Shown one piece after another: positions 1-8,038 of a DNA stretch of 64,000 nucleotides. Positions within the stretch are counted from its first letter, which is position 1, and every line of letters starts with the position of its first letter. This DNA is from an uncultured virus (IMG/VR IMGVR_UViG_3300028920_000053). Taxonomy: Duplodnaviria; Heunggongvirae; Uroviricota; Caudoviricetes. The notes under the pieces were generated by a model that searched no databases, had not been told where the DNA came from, and worked only from the letters and a program-made list of their open reading frames with translations. The position numbers and the translations under genes are program-made. The stretch is taken from the IMG/VR virus record IMGVR_UViG_3300028920_000053. The stretch is one strand, 5' to 3'.

Positions 1-125
1 ACGGCCGCGGTCCCCGAGACACAGCCGCGGTCCCCGAGACACGGCCGCGGTCCCCGAGACACAGCCGCGGTCCCCGAGACACGGCCGCGGTCCCCGAGAC
101 ACAGCCGCGGTCCCCGAGACACGGC
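1..125. repeat. 20-bp tandem repeat AC(G/A)GCCGCGGTCCCCGAGAC, about 6 copies, alternating G/A variant; may continue upstream of the window
   Basis: Read directly: units start at 1, 21, 41, 61, 81, 101, partial at 121. Confidence 0.97.
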
Positions 126-159
126 CCTGGAAATCGGACGACAATCGACGTCGGACCCC

Positions 160-188
160 TTGGCGTAAGCCACCGGAATGACTAGATT
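160..188 (+). promoter_or_regulatory. Sigma70-type promoter TTGGCG-17-TAGATT
   Basis: AT-rich island in very GC-rich DNA; near-duplicate at 984-1011; same TTGGCG box at 63288. Confidence 0.65.
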
Positions 189-257
189 ATATATCAGATG
201 AGCGATGGAGCTCGGTCGGGATTGGCCCGGCGCGTAGCTCTCGCAGAGAGGACTTCA

Positions 258-668
258 ATGTCAATGTACCAGGGAACGCTCGACCACGAGCTGAGGATCC
301 GGGGCTATGCGCATCGTCGCGACCCCAAGAGTGGCATCGGCCACCACCTCATCACCCGGGACGGCCGGCTCGTCACGCGCGCCACCGCCCACGAAGCATG
401 GGACTGGCTGCGCCGGCTGGACCGCAAGGCCAGCAAGATGGCCCACGCGTCCATCGACGGCGTGCAGGAGTTCTACTCCCGCCGCTGCTACTACATCGCC
501 CGCGCCCCGAGCGCGGAAGGCCGCTCGCGAATCCTGGGCGCCGCCCGGGCCTTCGTTGCGGCCGACGATGGCGAGCCTGCCATCGAGACGCAGGAAGCCC
601 TGCGCCGGGCCTGCCGCGAGAACCGCGGAACCTGCTCCTGGGGACTCGACACCGCGAGGGCGGTGTGA
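258..668 (+). CDS. Hypothetical early protein
   Basis: RBS GAGAGGA at 246-252, ATG 258; GTGA overlap with the next gene. Confidence 0.7.
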   Translation: MSMYQGTLDHELRIRGYAHRRDPKSGIGHHLITRDGRLVTRATAHEAWDWLRRLDRKASKMAHASIDGVQEFYSRRCYYIARAPSAEGRSRILGAARAFVAADDGEPAIETQEALRRACRENRGTCSWGLDTARAV

Positions 669-946
669 GCCGCCGGGTCAAGGTCCAGCCGGTCGGGAGT
701 AACTCCCCCGGCGCGGTCGAGCTGGCGAAGGCCGAGGCGCGCCGGACTCGGCGCCATCGGCTGCCGAAGGGCTGGCGGAACTGCGGCGGCAACGAGTCCG
801 CCGCCTGCCAGCACCGCGACCTCTTCGTGTGCCCGGACTGCCAGGCCAAGCACGCGGACCGGCTCGTCGAGGTGTACGGCGTCCACTACTGGTGCGAGAC
901 CGACGCCGAGCGGGACGAGCTGCTCGCGATGATGGCCGAGGACTAA
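665..946 (+). CDS. Hypothetical protein with CxxC (possible Zn finger)
   Basis: GTG overlapping upstream stop; ACQHRDLFVCPDC. Confidence 0.65.
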   Translation: MSRRVKVQPVGSNSPGAVELAKAEARRTRRHRLPKGWRNCGGNESAACQHRDLFVCPDCQAKHADRLVEVYGVHYWCETDAERDELLAMMAED

Positions 947-983
947 GTCCCCGGAAAACCGCAACAATCGGGCGCCGCGCCCC

Positions 984-1011
984 TTGGCGTGGCGCCAGGA
1001 ATGACTAAATT
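984..1011 (+). promoter_or_regulatory. Second copy of the early promoter, TTGGCG-16-TAAATT
   Basis: Block 953-1081 is a diverged duplicate of 129-260. Confidence 0.6.
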
Positions 1012-1078
1012 AAGATCAGATGGGCGATGGAGCTCAGCTGGGATGGCCCAGCCGGTAGCTCTCGCCAGAAAGGCAACC

Positions 1079-1267
1079 ATGAACTACTACATCGCACAGA
1101 CCCTCTGGAGCGACGGCCGCGTGTACTGCGAGACCTCGTTCGAGACCGAGGCCGAAGCCCGCGAATGGGTGGCCGAAACGGTCGACGCCCTCGACTTCGA
1201 GGCCGACTACGGCCGAGTCATCACGCTCGACGGCGAGCTGGTCAGCACCTACCCGGAGTCGGTGTGA
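1079..1267 (+). CDS. Small acidic hypothetical protein
   Basis: RBS GAAAGG, ATG 1079. Confidence 0.7.
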   Translation: MNYYIAQTLWSDGRVYCETSFETEAEAREWVAETVDALDFEADYGRVITLDGELVSTYPESV

Positions 1268-1578
1268 GCTGCTCGGTTGAGGCTGGCCGGTTCGGGACCC
1301 CCGAGCTGCGCGCCGCGCACATGGACACGGTCCTGGAAGACTGCGAGGACCTGCTGCTGCACCTCTTCTGGCGCTGGCAGGACGAGCACGACTACGAGGA
1401 CTTCGCGGAATACAAGGACGCGCTCCGCAAGGGTTTCGCCCACCACGGCGAGGTTCTTCGGGCCCGCAAGCGGCCCTTCGGGCTGGACCTGCGGATCGAG
1501 GGGTTCCCCTACGACGTCACCGTGACCGTCACGACCCGCCACATCGGCTGGAAGCAGGCGAAGCGGAGGGCGGTGTGA
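1264..1578 (+). CDS. Hypothetical protein
   Basis: GTGA coupling; LFWRWQDEHDYEDF...RPFG. Confidence 0.65.
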   Translation: MSCSVEAGRFGTPELRAAHMDTVLEDCEDLLLHLFWRWQDEHDYEDFAEYKDALRKGFAHHGEVLRARKRPFGLDLRIEGFPYDVTVTVTTRHIGWKQAKRRAV

Positions 1579-2033
1579 GCCGCCGCATCCGCACCCTGGG
1601 CGTGGTGCTCGGCTCGCTGCGGTACCTCGGCAGCTGTGCCTGCTGCGGCCGGCAGTTCGTGAGCGTCAACGATCGGGTCGTCGAGGCCGAGCGGGGGATC
1701 CTATGCCTCGACTGCGACGACGGCGAGTTCTACCGCGAAGCGGTGCTCGAAGCCGTCCGCCGCGTGTACGACATGATGGAGGCGAGGGTCGAGACCCTGG
1801 CCGACCTGGAAGCTGTGGTCCACCAGGCCGTCCTGGATTCGGCGCTGATGGGGTCGGAGTCGATGGCCCGCGAGGCGCTGCGGCACGCCGCGCACCCCGA
1901 GGCGTGCGACGCCCGGGAAGTCCGCGGCGAGGTCCAGGCGAGCCGGCTCAGTCCCCGGATGATCCGGCTGGAGTGGGCCATGGCGGCCGAGGTCCTCGAC
2001 CACCTGGACGTGGATGCGCTCGACCTGGAGTGA
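1575..2033 (+). CDS. Hypothetical protein with CxxC...CxxC
   Basis: GTGA coupling; CACCG...CLDC. Confidence 0.65.
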   Translation: MSRRIRTLGVVLGSLRYLGSCACCGRQFVSVNDRVVEAERGILCLDCDDGEFYREAVLEAVRRVYDMMEARVETLADLEAVVHQAVLDSALMGSESMAREALRHAAHPEACDAREVRGEVQASRLSPRMIRLEWAMAAEVLDHLDVDALDLE

Positions 2034-2038
2034 AGCCC

Positions 2039-2058
2039 GAAGCAGATCGATCTGCTTC
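2039..2058. promoter_or_regulatory. Dispersed palindrome copy 1, GAAGCAGATCGATCTGCTTC (intergenic)
   Basis: Perfect 20-bp palindrome; 8 copies in the window. Confidence 0.9.
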
Positions 2059-2099
2059 CGTGCTAGGATGGGGGCGCCCCATCCCATGAGGCAACCCTC

Positions 2100-2152
2100 G
2101 GCGGGCGGGAGGCAGGGGCTCGAAACCCCGGCTTCCCGCCCGCCCCCCTTTC
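2100..2152 (+). terminator. Long GC-rich hairpin with short pyrimidine tail (terminator or small RNA)
   Basis: GGCGGGCGGGAGGC / GCTTCCCGCCCGCC enclosing GGGG-CTCGAAA-CCCC. Confidence 0.5.
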
Positions 2153-2169
2153 TGCGGCATCATCGGGCC

Positions 2170-2757
2170 ATGAAGGACGGCGACTACAGATGGGCCTGCG
2201 GGTGCTCGCAGGAGGCTGACGAGATGGGCAGGGCGGCGCACTTCATCCCGTGCCCGATGCACAAGGGAATGGCGCCGCCAGCGACGGCCGTCGAGGCCGG
2301 CAGCTGGACTGAGGACGATCTGCGGCGGGCGGCCGCGCAGGCGGACGGATCGTTCGCCAGGGTGACGGGGGCGCAGCGTGAGCGGGCCGAGGCGCTGGCC
2401 CGGTCGATTCGGGAGACGCTCGACCCGCAACGGTTCGGCGTGCTGGCGAACGCCTTGGTCGAGGCGCCCGAGCCCGAGTCGGCGGTCGCCGAGCTGCGCG
2501 AACTGGTGGGCGACTCCTCGGTCCGGCAGAAGTTCGCCCGCGTGGTGGGAAGGCTGCGAGCCGTCCACCAGCTCACGCAGGCCGATCCGGACGTGCCGGG
2601 CTGGCTGCGCCGGGACATCGAGCACTTCGTCCGCGACGCGGAACGGCTGCTCGACGACGACGGGCCCGAGAAGCCGCGACCCGTCCCCGATTGGGTAGAC
2701 GACGCTCCCCAGACCCTGCCGACGGGCGCCGACCCGGAAGGCGGCCTGGAGCCGTGA
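2170..2757 (+). CDS. Hypothetical protein, probably leaderless
   Basis: GCGGCATCAT-N6-ATG. Confidence 0.65.
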   Translation: MKDGDYRWACGCSQEADEMGRAAHFIPCPMHKGMAPPATAVEAGSWTEDDLRRAAAQADGSFARVTGAQRERAEALARSIRETLDPQRFGVLANALVEAPEPESAVAELRELVGDSSVRQKFARVVGRLRAVHQLTQADPDVPGWLRRDIEHFVRDAERLLDDDGPEKPRPVPDWVDDAPQTLPTGADPEGGLEP

Positions 2758-3017
2758 TCGTCGGCTGCTACACGCTGGACCTGTACTGCGAGACCGAGGG
2801 CTGCCCGATGTCGCGCTGCACGCGCTCGGGCGAGGACATGCGGGCCCCGGCGTCCTACAACGACGAGCTGGGCTCCACGTGTCGGAGAAGGGCCCGCCGC
2901 GACGGGTGGCGACTCGACCTGCGCGAGGGGACCGCACTGTGCCCGAAGTGCGCCGACGAGAAGCGGAAACGCGAGAAGGCCATCCGCGATCGATTCTTGC
3001 GGGACAACCCCACCTAA
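2754..3017 (+). CDS. Zn-finger-like hypothetical protein
   Basis: LYCETEGC...ARRDGW...LCPKC. Confidence 0.65.
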   Translation: MIVGCYTLDLYCETEGCPMSRCTRSGEDMRAPASYNDELGSTCRRRARRDGWRLDLREGTALCPKCADEKRKREKAIRDRFLRDNPT

Positions 3018-3064
3018 GCGTCGCCACTTGGCGAGAGCCCGCCCGCTATGTCACACTGCACTAG

Positions 3065-3631
3065 ATGGCACGACGGGCGAAGAACGGGAACGGCAACGGA
3101 CGCAGCCACCGCAAGCCGACGACGAGGCGCCGCGACGGCCTGGAAGTGCAGCCTCATGCCACCGAGCTGGAGATGCAGGAACGACGCGAGCTGGTCACCG
3201 CCCTCGTCATGTCGGGCGCCCAGCGCGGCGCGGTCGAGCGAGCCTGCCGCGAGAAGCTGGGCCTCACCTCCGCGCAGGTTCGCGTCGTGCACGCGCAGGT
3301 CGTCGCCGAGATTAAGCAGGACTTCGAGGAGCGGCGCGCGAGCCTGAAGGCGCTGCAGTGGGCGCGGCTTCAGAACCTGATCTCCAGGCTGTACGCGCAG
3401 GCGCGGCCGCCGGTGAACCAGATCGCGAAGCTGGAGAACATCGTCGCCAAGCTGACCGGCACCTACGAGCCTCTCCGCCACCGCGTCGACGTGGGGGGTG
3501 TGTCGGACGCGTTCGCCGCCGTCGTCGCCGGGCTGACCGAGGAGGACATGCGCTCGATGATGGACGAGCAGCTCGAGCTGGAGCGAGCCGCCGGCAGGCT
3601 CGTCGAGACCGTGGGGGTCCCCGCCGAGTAG
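3065..3631 (+). CDS. terS: Probable terminase small subunit (N-terminal HTH, helical core)
   Basis: HTH-like segment, helical region and AKLTGTYEPLRHRVDV tail resemble phage TerS proteins; not adjacent to TerL. Confidence 0.45.
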   Translation: MARRAKNGNGNGRSHRKPTTRRRDGLEVQPHATELEMQERRELVTALVMSGAQRGAVERACREKLGLTSAQVRVVHAQVVAEIKQDFEERRASLKALQWARLQNLISRLYAQARPPVNQIAKLENIVAKLTGTYEPLRHRVDVGGVSDAFAAVVAGLTEEDMRSMMDEQLELERAAGRLVETVGVPAE

Positions 3632-3738
3632 CGCGGCATCATCTCGCCAAGCGCTACCCCGGCGGCCGCCCGAAGGACGAGCAAGGTCCGGCATGGGACG
3701 CACGGCCGCCGGGCGCGCGCTTTACTGGGAGCGACGAC

Positions 3739-4287
3739 ATGAGCGAGACCGAGCAAGCCCTGACGCTGGAAGGTCGTTACGACCTGGGCGAGGAAGCAGT
3801 CGACTGGACAGTCCTCGCGCTTGTCGGCATCAAAGCCAGGTGCTGGGATGTGTCTATCGAAGAAGCCTGGGAGACGATCGACGAGCGCGATTTCGACGAG
3901 GAGTTGGAGGAGCTCGCAAAGACGCGGCTCCCGAACTCGATCGTGTGCAATGGCGTGCGGCTTAGGTTGGGGCTCAGCGACGACGCCGAAGTCGAACTCA
4001 TCAGCGACAGGGGTCCAGGGGGATGGATCAGGGTGACGGAGTGGGAAGACGTTCGGATCGATAACCACGTCGTCCACGTCGTCGGCTGTAGGTATCACTG
4101 CGGCGTGTTCCTGTGCGGGCCGAGCCATGTGGAGGAACATTGTGCGAGGACCATCGACGAAGAGGCCGTGTTCTCGCACATAGAGACGAGCATCCCGGAA
4201 GCCATCGACGGGGCCCGACGAGAAGCCGAGGCGTGGCTTCGGAAGTGGGAAGAGTGGATCGAGGATTGTCGTGGGGTGAGCCGATGA
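3739..4287 (+). CDS. Acidic hypothetical protein
   Basis: RBS GGGAG, ATG 3739; somewhat lower GC than neighbours. Confidence 0.65.
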   Translation: MSETEQALTLEGRYDLGEEAVDWTVLALVGIKARCWDVSIEEAWETIDERDFDEELEELAKTRLPNSIVCNGVRLRLGLSDDAEVELISDRGPGGWIRVTEWEDVRIDNHVVHVVGCRYHCGVFLCGPSHVEEHCARTIDEEAVFSHIETSIPEAIDGARREAEAWLRKWEEWIEDCRGVSR

Positions 4288-4772
4288 GCCACACGGTCGA
4301 GGACGGCATCCGCGAGGGCCGCGAGTACGTCGAGTCGTTGGAGCGGCTGAAGGCCGAGCACCCCGACTCGCGCTATACCGGGAGCCGGTGGGTCTCGGAC
4401 TCGCTGACCCTGGACCAGTGCACCGGGGCGAGCGTCATGGTGGCGGCGGGGGGCGACTCCCCGCTCGGGCCCGAGGTGACGCTGCTCCCGTACCGCGAGG
4501 TCGGCAACGTCCGGCTGTACTCGCGGGAGGACCATCCGCTCACGTTGAGCGAGCCGTCCGAGCTGCTCGCGCTGGTGAGGGCCCGCCAGGGCGGGTTCGT
4601 CGCCGACGCGCTGTTCGTCGCGGAGAAGGCGCAGGCGGAGCTGCGGCTGTGGGAGGTGTGGGCCGAGGACCTGCTCCAGCTACCGGGGGCCAGGGCGGGG
4701 ACGCTCGCCCCCTCGAAGCTGCGACGCGAACTGGTCGAGCGCATCCGGCGGATGAAGGGGGCGAGTAGTTGA
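4284..4772 (+). CDS. Hypothetical protein
   Basis: ATGA coupling; GC-rich third positions. Confidence 0.65.
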   Translation: MSHTVEDGIREGREYVESLERLKAEHPDSRYTGSRWVSDSLTLDQCTGASVMVAAGGDSPLGPEVTLLPYREVGNVRLYSREDHPLTLSEPSELLALVRARQGGFVADALFVAEKAQAELRLWEVWAEDLLQLPGARAGTLAPSKLRRELVERIRRMKGASS

Positions 4773-5053
4773 CGGCCCGGGTCATCCAGCTCGGGCCCTA
4801 CCTGCGGGAGCGCCGATCGACCAAGCCGCTCACGGGTCCGCAGCGGCGCATGCTCGGGCTGCTGTGCGTCGACCCGGAGGAGGGCGTCGACCTCGACCGC
4901 AAGCAGGCCAGGGTCGCGCAGCGGCTGATCTACCGCGGGCTGGTGGAACGCGTCGGCAGGGGCCGGGGCGGCATCATCCATGTCAACAGGTTCCGGCTGA
5001 CGAAGGCCGGTCTCGTCGCGTACGGCGAGTGGAAAGGGAAGGGCTATCCGTGA
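4769..5053 (+). CDS. Winged-helix DNA-binding protein
   Basis: LTGPQRRML...LIYRGLVER...FRLTKAG is a wHTH pattern. Confidence 0.55.
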   Translation: MTARVIQLGPYLRERRSTKPLTGPQRRMLGLLCVDPEEGVDLDRKQARVAQRLIYRGLVERVGRGRGGIIHVNRFRLTKAGLVAYGEWKGKGYP

Positions 5054-5304
5054 GCGAATCATCCGAAGAGTATCAGGCGGCGGTCCACGCGGCGGCGCTG
5101 GCAGTGAGACTGCTGGCGATGCACGACATCCCGAAGCTGCTCGGCGCGATCGAGAGGGCGGACGCGACGGGACCCTTCTTCAACCCGTCGCTGTGGATGA
5201 GCAAGCGGGAAGCGATGATGCAGGATCGCGAGCTGCTACGGGCGGCGAAGCCGCTGCACGACCTCGGCAAGCGGCTGCTCGAGCAGAAGAAGATCGACGA
5301 GTGA
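5050..5304 (+). CDS. Hypothetical protein
   Basis: GTGA coupling. Confidence 0.6.
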   Translation: MSESSEEYQAAVHAAALAVRLLAMHDIPKLLGAIERADATGPFFNPSLWMSKREAMMQDRELLRAAKPLHDLGKRLLEQKKIDE

Positions 5305-5633
5305 GCATCCCGATGCCCGTCTGCTATGTCGTGGCGTACCCGGACCCGAGGACCGGCGAGGTGCTGGTCCACGAGGCGCGCGCCACGTTTCCGAGGACGG
5401 CCCACACGCGCTGCGGGAGTGTCGGCCTCCGCTTCCAGGTGGCGCTGACCGGGCCCGAAGATGAGCCGCCCCCCTACCGGGACCACGACCCCCGGGCCCG
5501 GATGTGCCCCGACTGCCTGCTGCTCCGGCGGCTGGCCGAGGCCGAGGAGCGGCTGCGCGGGCAGGGCGTGGGCCACCTGGACGAGCTGCTCGACCGCGCG
5601 CTGTACCCCGGACTGCTCGGCCTGGAGCGGTGA
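5301..5633 (+). CDS. Hypothetical protein (H..C..CxxC)
   Basis: GTGA coupling; HTRCG...MCPDC. Confidence 0.55.
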   Translation: MSIPMPVCYVVAYPDPRTGEVLVHEARATFPRTAHTRCGSVGLRFQVALTGPEDEPPPYRDHDPRARMCPDCLLLRRLAEAEERLRGQGVGHLDELLDRALYPGLLGLER

Positions 5634-6214
5634 GCTGGCACGATCTGGTGTGCGACGAGTGCGCGGGGCGCGCGTTCGACGATGGGGAGCTCGGTCCGGT
5701 CAGCTGCTGGAAGTGCTACGGGACCGGGCTGCAGAGGCCGATACCTGGCGACCTCGCGGCGGCTCGTGGCATACTGGAGCGCATGGCGAGGGCAACGAGA
5801 GGACGAGGGCGGAGGCCGGCTGAGAACCACCTGCGAAGGCCGTTCGTCACGAAGCCGCCGGGCCGCAGCAGCGAGGACCTGAAGGGCCGCGAGGTCGTGA
5901 GCATCGGGGTCGTGTACGACGTGTGGCGCGAGACCTACGACCTGGGCGGACGCGCGATGAGCCGGAACCCCCGCGACCGCTACATGACGATGGAGGTCGC
6001 GCGGACGAAGGATGGCCACTACATCGGACAGCCTGACGAGGCGCGGTACCTGTGCGACAAGCGAGGCATCAGGCCCGAGGTACGCGACGACACGACGGTC
6101 TGCTCGATCGGCTACAGCGAGGCCGAGGGCAAGTGGTTCGGCTGGAGCCATCGGGCGCTCGCCGGGTTCGGCACGCGTGAGCAGGCCGAGCGCTTCGCAT
6201 CCGAGGTGTCCTAG
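5630..6214 (+). CDS. Phage protein with N-terminal CxxC-CxxCxGxG finger and C-terminal KWFGWSHRA motif
   Basis: Motifs in translation. Confidence 0.6.
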   Translation: MSWHDLVCDECAGRAFDDGELGPVSCWKCYGTGLQRPIPGDLAAARGILERMARATRGRGRRPAENHLRRPFVTKPPGRSSEDLKGREVVSIGVVYDVWRETYDLGGRAMSRNPRDRYMTMEVARTKDGHYIGQPDEARYLCDKRGIRPEVRDDTTVCSIGYSEAEGKWFGWSHRALAGFGTREQAERFASEVS

Positions 6215-6231
6215 CGCGGCATCATCCGCGC

Positions 6232-6852
6232 ATGAGCGAACCGAGCCACAAGCGACTGCCGAACTGGGAACCCTTCGACGAGGTGCGGATGAAGGTGGTC
6301 CCGCGACTGAAAACCAGCGAGCTGTCGGGCGACGAGTGGAGGACGGCCGTCGCGATCGAGCTGCTACACAAGGGGAGGGTCGTCGTGGAGACCCATGCCG
6401 CCAACATGCGGGATGCGGCGCTGATGCTCGGCCGCGAGCTGCTCGAGCACTCCAGTCCGATCCCGATGGAGGTCCTGCGGATCGAGCGCGGCACATGCGA
6501 CCAGCCGGGATGCGGCAGGCCGGCGGACGTCCGGATGGTCCTGCGCGAGCTGTTCAGCGACAGGGGGGACCGGCTCGATCCGAGCGACCAGCACGGCTCG
6601 ACCTACTACCGGCAGTTCTGCGCCCGGCACTCGGGCAGGGGCGACTGCTCGCGAGAGGACTGCCGGGCCAACTACGAGGAGCCGGAAGAGGCCGAGCGAC
6701 GCGAGCCACGACAGGCGGTCGACCTGCAGGTGGTTCGGGATGGCCGGGTGGACAACCTCGCGGTCTGCTCGGAGCTGAGGTGGGAACAGGAAGGCGAGGA
6801 GGTCCAGGTCTCCGCCAGGCTGGCGGCGGCCGATCTGGAGGAGCCCCGATGA
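6232..6852 (+). CDS. Cys/His-rich hypothetical protein, probably leaderless
   Basis: GCGGCATCAT-N6-ATG; CDQPGC...FCARH. Confidence 0.7.
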   Translation: MSEPSHKRLPNWEPFDEVRMKVVPRLKTSELSGDEWRTAVAIELLHKGRVVVETHAANMRDAALMLGRELLEHSSPIPMEVLRIERGTCDQPGCGRPADVRMVLRELFSDRGDRLDPSDQHGSTYYRQFCARHSGRGDCSREDCRANYEEPEEAERREPRQAVDLQVVRDGRVDNLAVCSELRWEQEGEEVQVSARLAAADLEEPR

Positions 6853-7007
6853 AATGGCAGGCGCAGGTCGGGCTGGTCGTCGTTGGGTTCGTGCTGGGCG
6901 CGATGACCGCCGCCGCCCTGGATACGGGGCTCGGGTGCGACGCCTGCTCGGTCACCGTCGACCGCGCCCAGGGCACGCTGATGTGCGTCAGGAAGCCGTG
7001 GCGCTAG
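6849..7007 (+). CDS. Small membrane or secreted protein
   Basis: ATGA coupling; hydrophobic N-terminus. Confidence 0.5.
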   Translation: MKWQAQVGLVVVGFVLGAMTAAALDTGLGCDACSVTVDRAQGTLMCVRKPWR

Positions 7008-7726
7008 TGCCAGACTTCGACGCGCAGCTGGCTCGGGCCCGACGCAAGGTGCTCGTCTACAACGAGCAGCTGAAGTGGGACGAGTGGATCGTGCGGCAGG
7101 TGCTGGCCGAGGTGACCCTGGACGCCCGGGAGGAGCTCGCCCGCAAAAGGCGCTCCCCACGCTGGACCAAGCGGAAGCGACGCGCGCCCCTCCGGGTCCG
7201 ACTCGCGCGCTAGCTGCTCGAGCAGCTGGACCTTCCTCGCGAAAGTGCCGGCCTTCTTCGCTGCCGACTTGCGCGTGCAGCTCGCGCCCCGGTAGCCCGA
7301 GAAGGCCCCGGCGATGTCGCCGGCCGGGTGCCTGCCCCTGCACCGTCGATAGGCAGACCAGAAGTGGGCGTCGGCGCAGTCGGCGAAAGCGAGCAGCGCC
7401 TCGTGGCTCCCCGGCTCCATCCGCCATCCGCTCGGGCAGCTGACCTTCCACGCTTGCCAGTATCCGCGAGCCTGCTTCTGGTCGCAGTCGGGCGCCCCCT
7501 TCGGGATCTCCAGGCAGGTCTCGGTGTAGGCTGCCCAGTAGGTCTCATGCTGGCCGACGGCGAGCAGTGCCGCCTGCCGACGGAGGTCGCCGTCGCTGGC
7601 CCAGTCGATCGAGTCTGCGACCTCCTCCATGCGGTCGCGTCGCTGCGCGGGTGTCTCCATGTCGAAGCTGGAAGGATTGGTTCCGAGTAGGACGGTCAAG
7701 ACCGCCGCCGTCGCTAGATGTGCCAT
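7004..7726 (-). CDS. Secreted lysozyme-like (transglycosylase-fold) protein, candidate endolysin
   Basis: Hydrophobic N-terminus, helix ending in HET (possible catalytic Glu), ARGYWQ motif; 3' end overlaps a + strand ORF (7007-7213), so the C-terminus is uncertain. Confidence 0.5.
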   Translation of the reverse strand: MAHLATAAVLTVLLGTNPSSFDMETPAQRRDRMEEVADSIDWASDGDLRRQAALLAVGQHETYWAAYTETCLEIPKGAPDCDQKQARGYWQAWKVSCPSGWRMEPGSHEALLAFADCADAHFWSAYRRCRGRHPAGDIAGAFSGYRGASCTRKSAAKKAGTFARKVQLLEQLARESDPEGRASLPLGPAWGAPFAGELLPGVQGHLGQHLPHDPLVPLQLLVVDEHLASGPSQLRVEVWH

Positions 7727-7765
7727 GGGAGGGTTTTTAGCACGCGGCTTGTGTGCCATTCCACC

Positions 7766-7785
7766 GAAGCAGATCGATCTGCTTC
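7766..7785. promoter_or_regulatory. Dispersed palindrome copy 2 (between divergent genes)
   Basis: Exact GAAGCAGATCGATCTGCTTC. Confidence 0.9.
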
Positions 7786-7831
7786 CGGCGGGCCGGTGGC
7801 GGAGATGGCCGACACGCGGCATCATCTGGGC

Positions 7832-8038
7832 ATGGAGCGAGTCAGCTTGGGCCGCGCGAAGCGGATCAAGACCACGGACAAGAAGGCCATGCTCGTGCGC
7901 CTCGAAGGCGACCCCAAGACCCATTGGGTCCCGGACTTCGCCGTCCACGATGACAGCGAGCTGCACGCGGGAGGCGACGACCGCGAGGGCGAGCTGGTCG
8001 TGGACCAGAGATGGGCCGAGGAGAAAGGGCTCGCATGA
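7832..8038 (+). CDS. Small beta-rich phage protein, probably leaderless
   Basis: GCGGCATCAT-N6-ATG; TDKKAMLV...HWVP...WAEEKGL. Confidence 0.7.
   Translation: MERVSLGRAKRIKTTDKKAMLVRLEGDPKTHWVPDFAVHDDSELHAGGDDREGELVVDQRWAEEKGLA

Noticed and set aside
1..125. CRISPR array
   Set aside because: Repeats are contiguous with no unique spacers, and no cas genes are present
2066..2150. tRNA gene
   Set aside because: The T-loop-like hairpin is not adjacent to an acceptor stem, and no D or anticodon arm can be formed
3658..3725. c-di-GMP-I riboswitch call
   Set aside because: Only TGGGACGCA resembles the consensus; the GNRA loop and second stem motifs are not evident
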